Assembly: GCA_040222015.1 (NCBI GenBank)
Contig: JAVJWO010000178.1
Coordinates: 64,001-128,000, forward strand
DNA: 64,000 nt
Direction of reading: 5' to 3'
DNA from: Coleofasciculus chthonoplastes F2-STO-03
GTDB taxonomy: Bacteria; Cyanobacteriota; Cyanobacteriia; Cyanobacteriales; Coleofasciculaceae
Part shown: positions 48,126 through 57,700 of the stretch, piece by piece
How positions within the stretch are numbered: position 1 is the stretch's first letter
Layout of the letters: every line of letters starts with the position of its first letter
Translations under genes and position numbers: made by a program
The notes under the pieces: model-generated
The model's database searches: none
What the model saw: the letters and a program-made list of their open reading frames with translations, nothing else
Told to the model about the DNA's origin: nothing

Positions 48126-49682
48126 CTAAAACCTAGCAACCGCACCACCCCGACGGTTGTCGCCAGCGCCGACAATTAAGCCATCAGCAGTTTTTATCAC
48201 CGTATGAACTCCGCCAAAAAACAAATTCTTTTCGCGCCAACGCACAACCTGTTGGTTTGTCAATAATGGATTAAGTATTTCCGCTTCAGTTAAACCTGGT
48301 TCGATATGAAACCGACCATTTTCTCCATGGGTTCTCGGACTATTCACGGCTTGCTCAACCGTCATGTTAAAATCTAAAATATTAGAAATAACTTGTAAAA
48401 TAGCCGTCCTAATTCGATTAGAACCTCCTGACCCTAAAACAACTTCTGCCTGATTAGGCTGCAAAACAATCGAGGGAGACATCATCGACGAAATCCGCAC
48501 ATTTTCTTGCCACTGATGAAAGCCTTGGGGATTTAAGTCTTCCTCTCCTAACATATTATTCACCATAATCCCTGTCCCGGGAATCACATAACCTGACCCT
48601 TCCCCGTTAGATGTGGTAACACTAGCGGCATTTCCAGCCTCGTCGATGACACTAATATGGGTGGTACTGCCCCATTTATTTACCGTTTCGGCTAAGTCTT
48701 GTTGATACTGGGCAATAGAATCGTCAGCTAAAAATTGTTCAACAATATTCTGTTGATACAAATAATTATTTAACCCCGTCTGTCTGGCTGCATTTGTCAA
48801 TTGCATAACCTGTGCCAAAATTTCTAAATGACGCGCACTGCCAAAGCTCAGATTCGCTAAATCAACGGTAGATAATAATTTTAATGCCCAAGCTATCAAT
48901 ATTCCACCGGAACTGGGAGGCGGGTTGGTGAATAAGGTATTGCCTCGATAATTAATCGTTAAAGGTTGCCGTTCGATGACCTGATAATGCTTTAAATCTT
49001 CTAAGGTTAAATATCCCCCGAATTCCTGACAATCGTTGACTAATTGATGAGCAATATCTCCTTGATAAAATTCCCGAACTCCATTTTTCGCCAAATACGC
49101 TAATGTATCGGCAAAATCTGGCATGATTATTGTTCCATTGGGTTCGATGGGTTCACCTGTGAGAATAAACACATTTTTTTCGTTTTGATGCGCTATAAGG
49201 ATTGGTGCCAAAATTGAAGTTAAACAATAATATTGAAATCGATTTAATTGAACCCCATGTTTGGCATAGTGAATCGCGGGTTCGGCTATAACGTGGAAGG
49301 GTAAACTACCCAATCGTTGGTGAACGTGAAACACGCCAGCTATATTTCCGGGAACCGCCATAGAACCTAGTCCGATATGAAACTCTTGGATAGCACCACC
49401 AAAATTAACATCAACGGGATAAAAATTAATTTCATTCTCAGGACGTTTTTGACGTGGAGTTTGGCTAAAAAAATCAAAGAGAATATTTTGATTCGTTTGG
49501 GTATGGGCTAAGAGGAAACCGCCTCCCGCCCCTGAGGTGAGTCCCGGTTCCGTAACAAAGGAGGCGAGAATCGCTGCAACCGCCGCATCAAAGGCATTAC
49601 CACCAAGGCGAAACATTTCCCTGCCCGCCTCAGCCGTTTTGTCATGTCCAGCCGCGATCGCGCCGCGTGTTTTTTGTGTCAT
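48126..49682 (-). CDS. ggt: Gamma-glutamyltransferase
   Basis: GGNAFDAAVA, GGGFLL, STTHISV, SSMMSP, GSGG, DNRR. Confidence 0.93.
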   Translation of the reverse strand: MTQKTRGAIAAGHDKTAEAGREMFRLGGNAFDAAVAAILASFVTEPGLTSGAGGGFLLAHTQTNQNILFDFFSQTPRQKRPENEINFYPVDVNFGGAIQEFHIGLGSMAVPGNIAGVFHVHQRLGSLPFHVIAEPAIHYAKHGVQLNRFQYYCLTSILAPILIAHQNEKNVFILTGEPIEPNGTIIMPDFADTLAYLAKNGVREFYQGDIAHQLVNDCQEFGGYLTLEDLKHYQVIERQPLTINYRGNTLFTNPPPSSGGILIAWALKLLSTVDLANLSFGSARHLEILAQVMQLTNAARQTGLNNYLYQQNIVEQFLADDSIAQYQQDLAETVNKWGSTTHISVIDEAGNAASVTTSNGEGSGYVIPGTGIMVNNMLGEEDLNPQGFHQWQENVRISSMMSPSIVLQPNQAEVVLGSGGSNRIRTAILQVISNILDFNMTVEQAVNSPRTHGENGRFHIEPGLTEAEILNPLLTNQQVVRWREKNLFFGGVHTVIKTADGLIVGAGDNRRGGAVARF

Positions 49683-50017
49683 AACAGTTAATGTCTAGTC
49701 CGAATAACCACCAGAAGCTTTTGAGTTATAGCAGTTATTCACATGATCATAACTAGCATCAGGATCAGCATGCGGTTGTGACAGTTACCAAATTGTCTCG
49801 TTGTTTAGCCATCAGAGTGAGGGTTCGCGGCGCGATGTATAGGACACTGTTATCCTTTAACTACTTATCCCACAATGATTTAGACAGTCTATCTCAGATA
49901 AGGAATTGATGCAGTAACTTTTGACAATTAATAAAAGTGGCACATCTCTTGTTCGGTGAATTCCATTCAAACCTTTAGCGTTGAATACAACATAAACTTA
50001 GCGCCACAAATGGTCAA

Positions 50018-50710
50018 ATGCTAACTACTCATCCCCGTAAAAAAGCACTTTTGGCGTTGCTACTGCTTGTATCTGCTGCCAGCTTCGGAGTAACCATGGC
50101 ATTATATATTGCGCCAGGTTCTCTAGGACAGAGGATATTTTCCCTGTGCAAAGTCTGGTTATTGGCACTCCCCCTAGTCTGGTTTGTTTGGGTGGATCAT
50201 GGCAAATTTAGACTATGCCTACCGAAAAAACATGAATTGTTAGCAGGTACAATATTAGGAATGTTAATGTTTGCTATAATTCTCAGTGCCTATTGGCTGT
50301 TGGGTCAGCAGTGGATTGATGTGATGGATGTCCGGACTAAGGCAAAGCAAGCAGGTATTACTAGCCCAAAGATTTATCTGGGTGGCGCATTATATTTTAC
50401 CTTTATTAATGCGCTAATTGAAGAGTATATCTGGCGTTGGTTTGTGTATAAAAAATGTGAGGTATTGGTATCTGGGACAAAAGCCGTATTCTTGGCGGCG
50501 ATGCTATTCACTCTCCATCACATTATTGCCTTAGCCGCTTATACTGCTGATTGGGGCGTCGTCCTATTAGGTTCCGTGGGCGTATTCATCGCTGGAGCAG
50601 TATGGTCATGGTGTTATCTCACCTATCGTACCTTATGGTCAAGTTACATCAGCCACATTCTCGCCGATTTAGCGATCGCAATTGTGGGTTGGCATCTGCT
50701 ATTTGGGTAG
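50018..50710 (+). CDS. CPBP (CAAX/Abi) intramembrane metalloprotease
   Basis: EEYIWR, FTLHH, SHILAD and multiple TM helices. Confidence 0.9.
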   Translation: MLTTHPRKKALLALLLLVSAASFGVTMALYIAPGSLGQRIFSLCKVWLLALPLVWFVWVDHGKFRLCLPKKHELLAGTILGMLMFAIILSAYWLLGQQWIDVMDVRTKAKQAGITSPKIYLGGALYFTFINALIEEYIWRWFVYKKCEVLVSGTKAVFLAAMLFTLHHIIALAAYTADWGVVLLGSVGVFIAGAVWSWCYLTYRTLWSSYISHILADLAIAIVGWHLLFG

Positions 50711-50879
50711 CTAAGATGATAATCATGAAATTTCTAAGTGTAAATTATGCCTAGTTTCATCTCTTTATGCCATTGAAATTGTAGGAGATTAACGGAGTCA
50801 GGCAAATGCGGCATAAAATACTGTTCGATTCATTCTAATTTTTAGACGAGAAGCAAAGGAGTTACGATGAGGAGTTACG

Positions 50880-50981
50880 ATGAATAGATATCTGGATCAA
50901 ATCTTGAAGCGGCGTCGCTGGTTACTGCTGAGTCTGTTTGTTGCTCTAGCTATTCTCACCTATTTTAGTCAACCCGTTTAA
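50880..50981 (+). CDS. 33-aa small membrane peptide or truncated exported-protein remnant
   Basis: GAGGAG RBS, MNRYLDQILKRRRWLLLSLFVALAILTYFSQPV. Confidence 0.4.
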   Translation: MNRYLDQILKRRRWLLLSLFVALAILTYFSQPV

Positions 50982-51074
50982 CAGAACTATTTTCCTTGTC
51001 TCTTCTCAGAACGACTTGGGCAAGTAAGGGATGCACCCATTCCTTATTTTATTGCCTATTGCCGTAACCACTAC

Positions 51075-51839
51075 TTATCGAGTTTGGCGCTTGAGGATAG
51101 AAGTCGTACCCAAAACAGCCGTTATCAGTAGACCTAACACCGAAGTAGGTTCAGGAACAGATTCCGACCTCGTGTCGTCCGACCTCGTGTCGGTCAAAAG
51201 AGGCATTGGTTCACCTCTATTATTCTCTGTCTCTGAGTCAGTTAGTGACTCTGGGAAACTTACAGCATCTCTATCAGCCAGGTTGCTGGCAAAGCTGAAA
51301 TTATCCATTTGAAACGCTTCATTTGCCGCCGAGACAGCCAGTGGAGGTGACTGCATCGCAAACGATAGGGAATTAAATGCTGTATCCGCAACGATTCCCA
51401 GGAAACCAGTACCTTGTCTCTGAAGATACTCCGAGAAGACCACCGTATCTACACCTGGTATTTCATCGAACAAACCCGAAACCGTTAATCCTCCATTACT
51501 GGTTGTTGAGCTAAAGTCAGCGCCGAATCCGAGTATTTGAGACGGAAACTCAAACTCGACACTCTCAGAACGACTCGGTGTAGAGGTATCAAATTGACCC
51601 GAACTCCAGACTGATGACATCCCTGTAACCTGAATGCCACTCTCCAGGAGTAAGTTTTCACTTTGGTTTTGAGGTGTCGAGAAGGTTTCAGTCGTAATGT
51701 TAGAAACTGTTTCCTCCCAAGCCGTCCGGTCAGTAAACACAGTCACTGCTTCAGCCGGAGTCACACCTGTTCCCAAAGCCATCAAAGTCGCGCTAGCTGC
51801 TGTCATTGATAAGGTTTTCATGGCAGTTGATGTAAACAT
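51075..51839 (-). CDS. PEP-CTERM sorting domain protein
   Basis: Signal peptide ending AEA, and C-terminal VPEPTSVLGLL...LKR. Confidence 0.9.
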   Translation of the reverse strand: MFTSTAMKTLSMTAASATLMALGTGVTPAEAVTVFTDRTAWEETVSNITTETFSTPQNQSENLLLESGIQVTGMSSVWSSGQFDTSTPSRSESVEFEFPSQILGFGADFSSTTSNGGLTVSGLFDEIPGVDTVVFSEYLQRQGTGFLGIVADTAFNSLSFAMQSPPLAVSAANEAFQMDNFSFASNLADRDAVSFPESLTDSETENNRGEPMPLLTDTRSDDTRSESVPEPTSVLGLLITAVLGTTSILKRQTR

Positions 51840-52417
51840 GGTTGCTTGAAAGTAAAGGTTTACGAGGACTCTTCTTTGAAGAAAAAATCGGGACGATGTA
51901 ATTTGACGGAATCTGGATGGTTTACATTACATGTTTTTGGCGTTGTTTCTGAGCGGTGATTGAATTTGCTTGATTAATTAAATCCTGTCATATACGTATT
52001 TTCACTGTCCAGCAAAACCACTCAACTTTACAAAAACTTTGATGTTTGTAAATTACATTAAGTCAGGTTTACATCTCTGTGGTCTTTTAATGGTAAGGGT
52101 TTAGGTGATTTACGTCAGATACCAAATGTAAAAACTTTACAAAGTAAATAGTGTAGAAAATAAAAATATTGATTTATGAAAAATTTATGGAATTTGTAAA
52201 GGCTTTATGAGGTCTTCACAAAAGACCAGGATAAAAAAGACATCCGTAAAATTCCGGAATACTGAAGTGGGGATAGATGAGGTTCTTGATCAAAACTTGG
52301 TAAATTGCAACTATTTTTTATCCGAAGAAAATTTAAGTGAAGTTAAGCGTTCTATTTTTGGCGCAACGCAGCAGGTCTTGTAGCTGATTTAATGGAAACA
52401 GCGAACATATTTCACCC

Positions 52418-53206
52418 ATGACCCGCTCCTCTATGTATCACCTTGGCTTTGGGCAAGATGACCTCGGTTCACCGCCGCCTACCCTGGCGCTGTTATCTGG
52501 TGATCCGCAACGCGCTTCTCAGATTGCTCAAGACTATTTGCAGGAGGGACGTCTGCTCTTGGAAAATCGGGGATTAAACAGTTATCTGGGCAAATTGTCC
52601 AATAATTGCCCGATTTTATCAGCAACGAGTGGGATGGGCGCACCGTCTCTGAGTATCGTGGTGAATGAGTTGGTGCAATTGGGGATTGAGACAATTATTC
52701 GGGTGGGGACTTGTGGGTCAATTCAAGAGTATGTCCCGGTGGGTAGTATTGTGATTACTCGTGCGGCATTATGTCGCCAAGGTGCAGCTAATGATATTGC
52801 TCCAATTGAATATCCGGCGGCGGCTGATCCGTTTCTCACGGTGAGATTAGTGGAGGCGGCGCGGGAGTTAGGGATTGAGCATTATCTGGGGATTACGGCG
52901 TCGGTGGATACATTTTATGAAGGGCAAGAACGCACCGATTCGGCGAATCCTTATTTAATCCGTCGGCTTCAAGGGATTACTCAAGAATATCGTCGTTTGA
53001 ATATTCTTAATTATGAGATGGAATGTGGCACATTATTGAAAATGGCAGGGGTGTATGGATTTGCCGCCGCTTGTGTTTGTGGTGTTATTGCCCAGCGAAC
53101 GGCTGGAGAGGGGGTTATTGTCGGGGAGAAAGAGGTAGCTGTGCAGCGTGCGATCGCAGTGGCAGTACGTGCAGCAGAAAATGTTGACATAGGGCTTGCT
53201 GAATAA
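52418..53206 (+). CDS. Nucleoside (uridine) phosphorylase family
   Basis: GDPQRA, GMGAPS, RVGTCG, FYEGQER, YEME. Confidence 0.92.
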   Translation: MTRSSMYHLGFGQDDLGSPPPTLALLSGDPQRASQIAQDYLQEGRLLLENRGLNSYLGKLSNNCPILSATSGMGAPSLSIVVNELVQLGIETIIRVGTCGSIQEYVPVGSIVITRAALCRQGAANDIAPIEYPAAADPFLTVRLVEAARELGIEHYLGITASVDTFYEGQERTDSANPYLIRRLQGITQEYRRLNILNYEMECGTLLKMAGVYGFAAACVCGVIAQRTAGEGVIVGEKEVAVQRAIAVAVRAAENVDIGLAE

Positions 53207-53438
53207 GTGTGGGTAGGGAACCGGGAATGGGCAACACAGAACAGTTGTAGTGGGAGCGTATCGCTCGCTACAATAAACCAGCCGACTGATAAAGTCGTCT
53301 CGATCGCACGTTGGAATTACTCCAGCATACCGCCGTTTGAACAGTTGAGGGCGTCGTCTGAGGCAATTTAGCATAACAGGTACGGAAGAACCGTTAGGGT
53401 TTGCTGCAGGGAGTTTCCCGTTTGTGCAGCAAGCCCCA

Positions 53439-54266
53439 CTAGCCGAGCATTTCCGGGTCAATTCCTAAGGTTTGAAGTTGTTCCGGAGTGAGGGATTTAA
53501 GCTGCTGTGCTAACTGCTGTCTTTTCTGTCGCTCTTGTTCTAACTGCTGCAGCGCTTGTTGCTTCTCTAGTCGCTCCTGTTGGGCTTGTTCTTGTCCGGT
53601 TAACCATAAGTTCCCCTGTTCATCCCACCAACGTAGCCAGCATTGTTCTGGCTGATTCAAAATAACTCCTCGCCATACCCCTAACTCAACCTCCATTGGC
53701 TTAATCGGATAATGTCCCCGTTGATTCGGAGTCATCGGCTCATAATCCGTACCGACAAGGTGATACATCTCCAACCTATCGTTGCTGATTTGATAGATGC
53801 CATAATAGGGAACTCTCATCACCCGTTCATAGACCCAAAATTTACCCGGTTTGGTGACGACTCCGGTTTCAGTACGAGATAAGGGAGTATCATCACGTTC
53901 CTCACTCCCATCTCCAGAGGCAAACTCTAAGACGATGGTGGGTGTAATATATTCCCGCCACAACACATAAGAGCGACGGATGACTCCATCTAATCGAGGC
54001 GGTACATTTGGCACATAAAACCAGTCTGGCGCTTCTGCTCCCTTCTCCGGTGGGTCAGTTTCGCGCCAGTAAATCCCACAATCTTGTCCAATACAATATT
54101 GCCCGTCTGGATGCAGTCGCCGCAAGGTTGAATCAAGGGAATCAGTGAGAATTAGGCTTTGGGGATGCTCCTGGAAATTTTTCACGAATGTACCATCTGA
54201 TTCAGGTAACTGGGTATGGTCAGGAAATTGAGGCGGTAGATTAATCTCTGTTAGTATTTCAGGCAT
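53439..54266 (-). CDS. Uma2 family endonuclease-fold protein
   Basis: PDHTQLPESDG, APDWFYV, LEFAS, tail ending LGIDP. Confidence 0.92.
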   Translation of the reverse strand: MPEILTEINLPPQFPDHTQLPESDGTFVKNFQEHPQSLILTDSLDSTLRRLHPDGQYCIGQDCGIYWRETDPPEKGAEAPDWFYVPNVPPRLDGVIRRSYVLWREYITPTIVLEFASGDGSEERDDTPLSRTETGVVTKPGKFWVYERVMRVPYYGIYQISNDRLEMYHLVGTDYEPMTPNQRGHYPIKPMEVELGVWRGVILNQPEQCWLRWWDEQGNLWLTGQEQAQQERLEKQQALQQLEQERQKRQQLAQQLKSLTPEQLQTLGIDPEMLG

Positions 54267-54289
54267 AGTCGAATGAGTGTGGCAACAAA

Positions 54290-54553
54290 TATAGCGCTAC
54301 GCGCCGGGCAATGGGCAATAGGCAATGGGCAATGGGCAATAGGCAATAGGCAATAGGCAATAGGCAATAGTGAAGAAAAACACTTACTCATCAAGGGATT
54401 GAGAAATTTGAATTTTTCTTCCTTTGTCCTAATTAAGCTGTTCGGCATTTAAACCTTAATGTCAATAATGGCGAAAGGATGGTAGTGCGAGCATCTTGCT
54501 CGCTACTAATACCCAATTTAAATGCATGACAGCTTAGAGTGCGTAGTGCTATA
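54290..54553. repeat. TATAGC...GCTATA MITE-like element carrying a GGCAAT(A/G) STRR
   Basis: Terminal IR TATAGCGCTACGC / GCGTAGTGCTATA. An inner segment is the reverse complement of ~35736-35780. Confidence 0.7.
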
Positions 54554-54715
54554 ACTGCTCCTATTGTCCCGCATCGATGAGGTTAACTGAACAGTATTGA
54601 TCCGGCTTCCTCCTCCCTCATCGGAATTTTAGTAGAAAATGTTACTCAACTCGTTTCCGCTACTTTCTCCATTAGACGAAAATAGAGATATTAAGAGAAG
54701 AACGGGAACTCTTGA

Positions 54716-57700
54716 ATGTACATCTATCGCACCTCTGGGTTTAATGAGAAAGCAGAACGCTATGGAATTGGCGATCGCATCGATGATCTGTGTACTCAAC
54801 TGCAAACTCAACGACTCGATGAAGTGCAATCCCGGTTTGAGCGGGTTTATCCCTACCTAAAGCGCCGCATCCTCAACCAACGCCTGATTGGTCGTATCCT
54901 GCATCTGGATCATCAGCAACTCTTGTGCTTCATTGATATCTTTAAACGGGGTGATCACGACTATGAACAGTTTCTGGAATCCCCCCTTGATTATGGTTGC
55001 ACCCATCTGGAACCCCAACTCGATCGGCAACAGATTCGCGATTGCTTAACCCAAGCTCAATCTCAGCAACAGGCGGTTGCACCCTTACCTGAACTCCCGG
55101 AACGCTTGCGCCCTTGGCTTGATCCGCCGGGATGGGAACGAGATATTGTCCCAGACGATTGGGTGATCTATGAAAGTGAAGAATGGGTGAGACAGTTGAC
55201 CACGGTTAAACTGCAAGAGGCGTGGAAAACTTACTATCAGATTATTTCCCAGATTAATACCCATACCGCCCCATCTACGGGAAATGGTAATGGTAATCGT
55301 GCAGCCATCCCCACCGATAGCTTCGCCGAAACTCTGATTATTTCCCGTGAACCCCAGCTTCCCGAAAATGTCAACCTCTGGAGTGAAAACAATTGTTACG
55401 TTCTCTACAGCCAGATTGAAACCACGGATACGAGTGTTCGCGGAGTCTTGTTTCTCTTAGCCGCCTTTGATCATCCCCCCTCCAGCGCCGAGATTACGGA
55501 AGTGGGACACCGCACTACCCTATTTAATGGTGCAAACACCCCCAACCGCTTATCCCAACCCCTAACCATCCACGAATTAACGCCCTTCGCCCGTCGTTCC
55601 TATCCCGCTTACCTCTTAGCCGATGCCGAAAGTTGGCTGGCGATTGAACGGGGGAGAGAGGCAAATCTCGCCCTTTCCCCGGAAGAAGAGGAGATTCTGC
55701 AATCGGTATCTTGTCCTACCCCCCAAACCGATTCACTCCCCCTATTTATTAATGGACGGGCGGGTAGTGGCAAGTCCACGATGCTGATTTATCTGTTTGC
55801 CGACTACTGCTACCGTAAATATTACACCCCCCAAGGACATCGCCGTCCCGAACCGCTTCCGGGTAAACCCCTGTTTCTCACCTACAATGAACGGTTATTA
55901 GACATTGCCCGAGATGGAGTGAATCGACTCCTGCGTTCCCACCATCGCTTTGTCGCTGAACGCAGTCCCGGTGATCACATTCCTAATTGCGATCGCTATT
56001 TTCAACCCTTCGGTAAATTTCTGTTAAGCTTACTTCCCCCCCAGGAACGACAACGGTTTAATCCAGACCACTATATTTCCTTCCATCGGTTCAAACAATT
56101 GTATCAGGGAACCCGTCCCGAACCCGCCCTTGCCAAACTGATCCTGCATCTTCCCCAATCCCGCCGCTATTCTCCAGAAATTTGTTGGCACATTATTCGC
56201 AGTTTTATTAAAGGCTATGGTCAATCGGACGACATGACGCCGGAAGATTATCAAGAGGAAGTTCCTCGCAAAGAACGCACGATTGATGTAGATAAATTTC
56301 AGGGAATCTATGACACGATTTGGCAACACTGGTATAAACATCTAACCACGGAACTGGATTACTGGGATGACCAAGATTTAATTGCCAGAGTCTTGGAATT
56401 GAAGTGTTATCATCCCCACTATACCGCTATCTTTTGCGATGAAGCCCAAGACTTTACCCGCCTAGAGTTACAGCTTATTATGCGGTTGTCGCTGTTTTCC
56501 CAATACCATTTGGGATACCAACCGATTCCTAGTTTACCCTTTGCCTTTGCTGGTGATCCCTTTCAAACCTTAAACCCCACCGGATTCCATTGGTCTAGCA
56601 CCCAATCGGCTTTTGATGCGGAAGTGATTACCGCCCTTGATCCGGCGGATCAGTTAAAGTTGACGGTTAATTTTCAGGAACTATCCTATAACTATCGGTC
56701 TAGTCTATCTATTGTTCAATTCACCAATTTAATTCAGCTTTGGCGTCACGTCCTCTTTGACATTCCCGAACTCCAACCCCAAACCGCATGGCATCCAGGT
56801 GATTTTCCTGAACCGCAAATGTTTATTCTAAATCAGACGATTAGTGCGGAGGAATTAATCACCTATATCAAAGACACGATTATCATTGTTCCCTGTGAAG
56901 AAGGAGAGGAACTGGCGTATGCCCAAACGGATCAAGTATTATCTCAAATCTTTGGGCAGTTGAATCCGAGGGAACTCTTAACAGGGAACAGGAAACAGGG
57001 AACAGAGGAGATGAGGGAATTAACTCAACACTCCACACTATCACCAGAACCCTTAAAAAATGTTTTAAGCGCCATTTCTGCCAAAGGATTGGAATTTAAA
57101 CGGGTGATTCTGTATAAATTTGGTGAAGAGTGTAGCGATAATGTCTGGAACCTACAAGGCGTTGACCAAAAAGTTAAGGTTGAATACTTTTTCAATAAAC
57201 TCTATGTCGCCGCTAGTCGAGCAACAGATTATTTATTTATTGTCGATTCAGACACAGGAAACCGTCAACTGTGGAACTATGCCAGTGATGAAGCCTTGTT
57301 ACAGGCAATGTTAGGATATGCTAAACACAAAAGCCGTTGGCAAGATAATGTGAAAACCCTAGCACCGGGTATGCCAAATATGGTAGAGACAATGCGTGAA
57401 GATGACCCGGGTGCGATCGCGCAAGAATTTCAGCTTAAAGGTTTACATGCAGAGAATCCCAGTTTACTACGCCGAGCCAAACAATTCTATCGGGATTTAG
57501 GAGATATCACTCAAGCCAACTATTGTCAGGCTTGGGCGCTAAAATTTGAACGGCAGTATCGAGACGCGGGTCACTGTTTCCTGGATTTGGGGGAATCGGA
57601 TCAGGCGTGGGATTGCTTCTGGCAGGGGCTGTGCTGGTCAGAATTAGTCGCTTGGGATGATTCGCACCCCCACCATCAATCAGCGCCTGAGGGCATCCTG

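Noticed and set aside
52127..52141. NtcA box
   Set aside because: Spacing is GTA-N7-TAC rather than N8.
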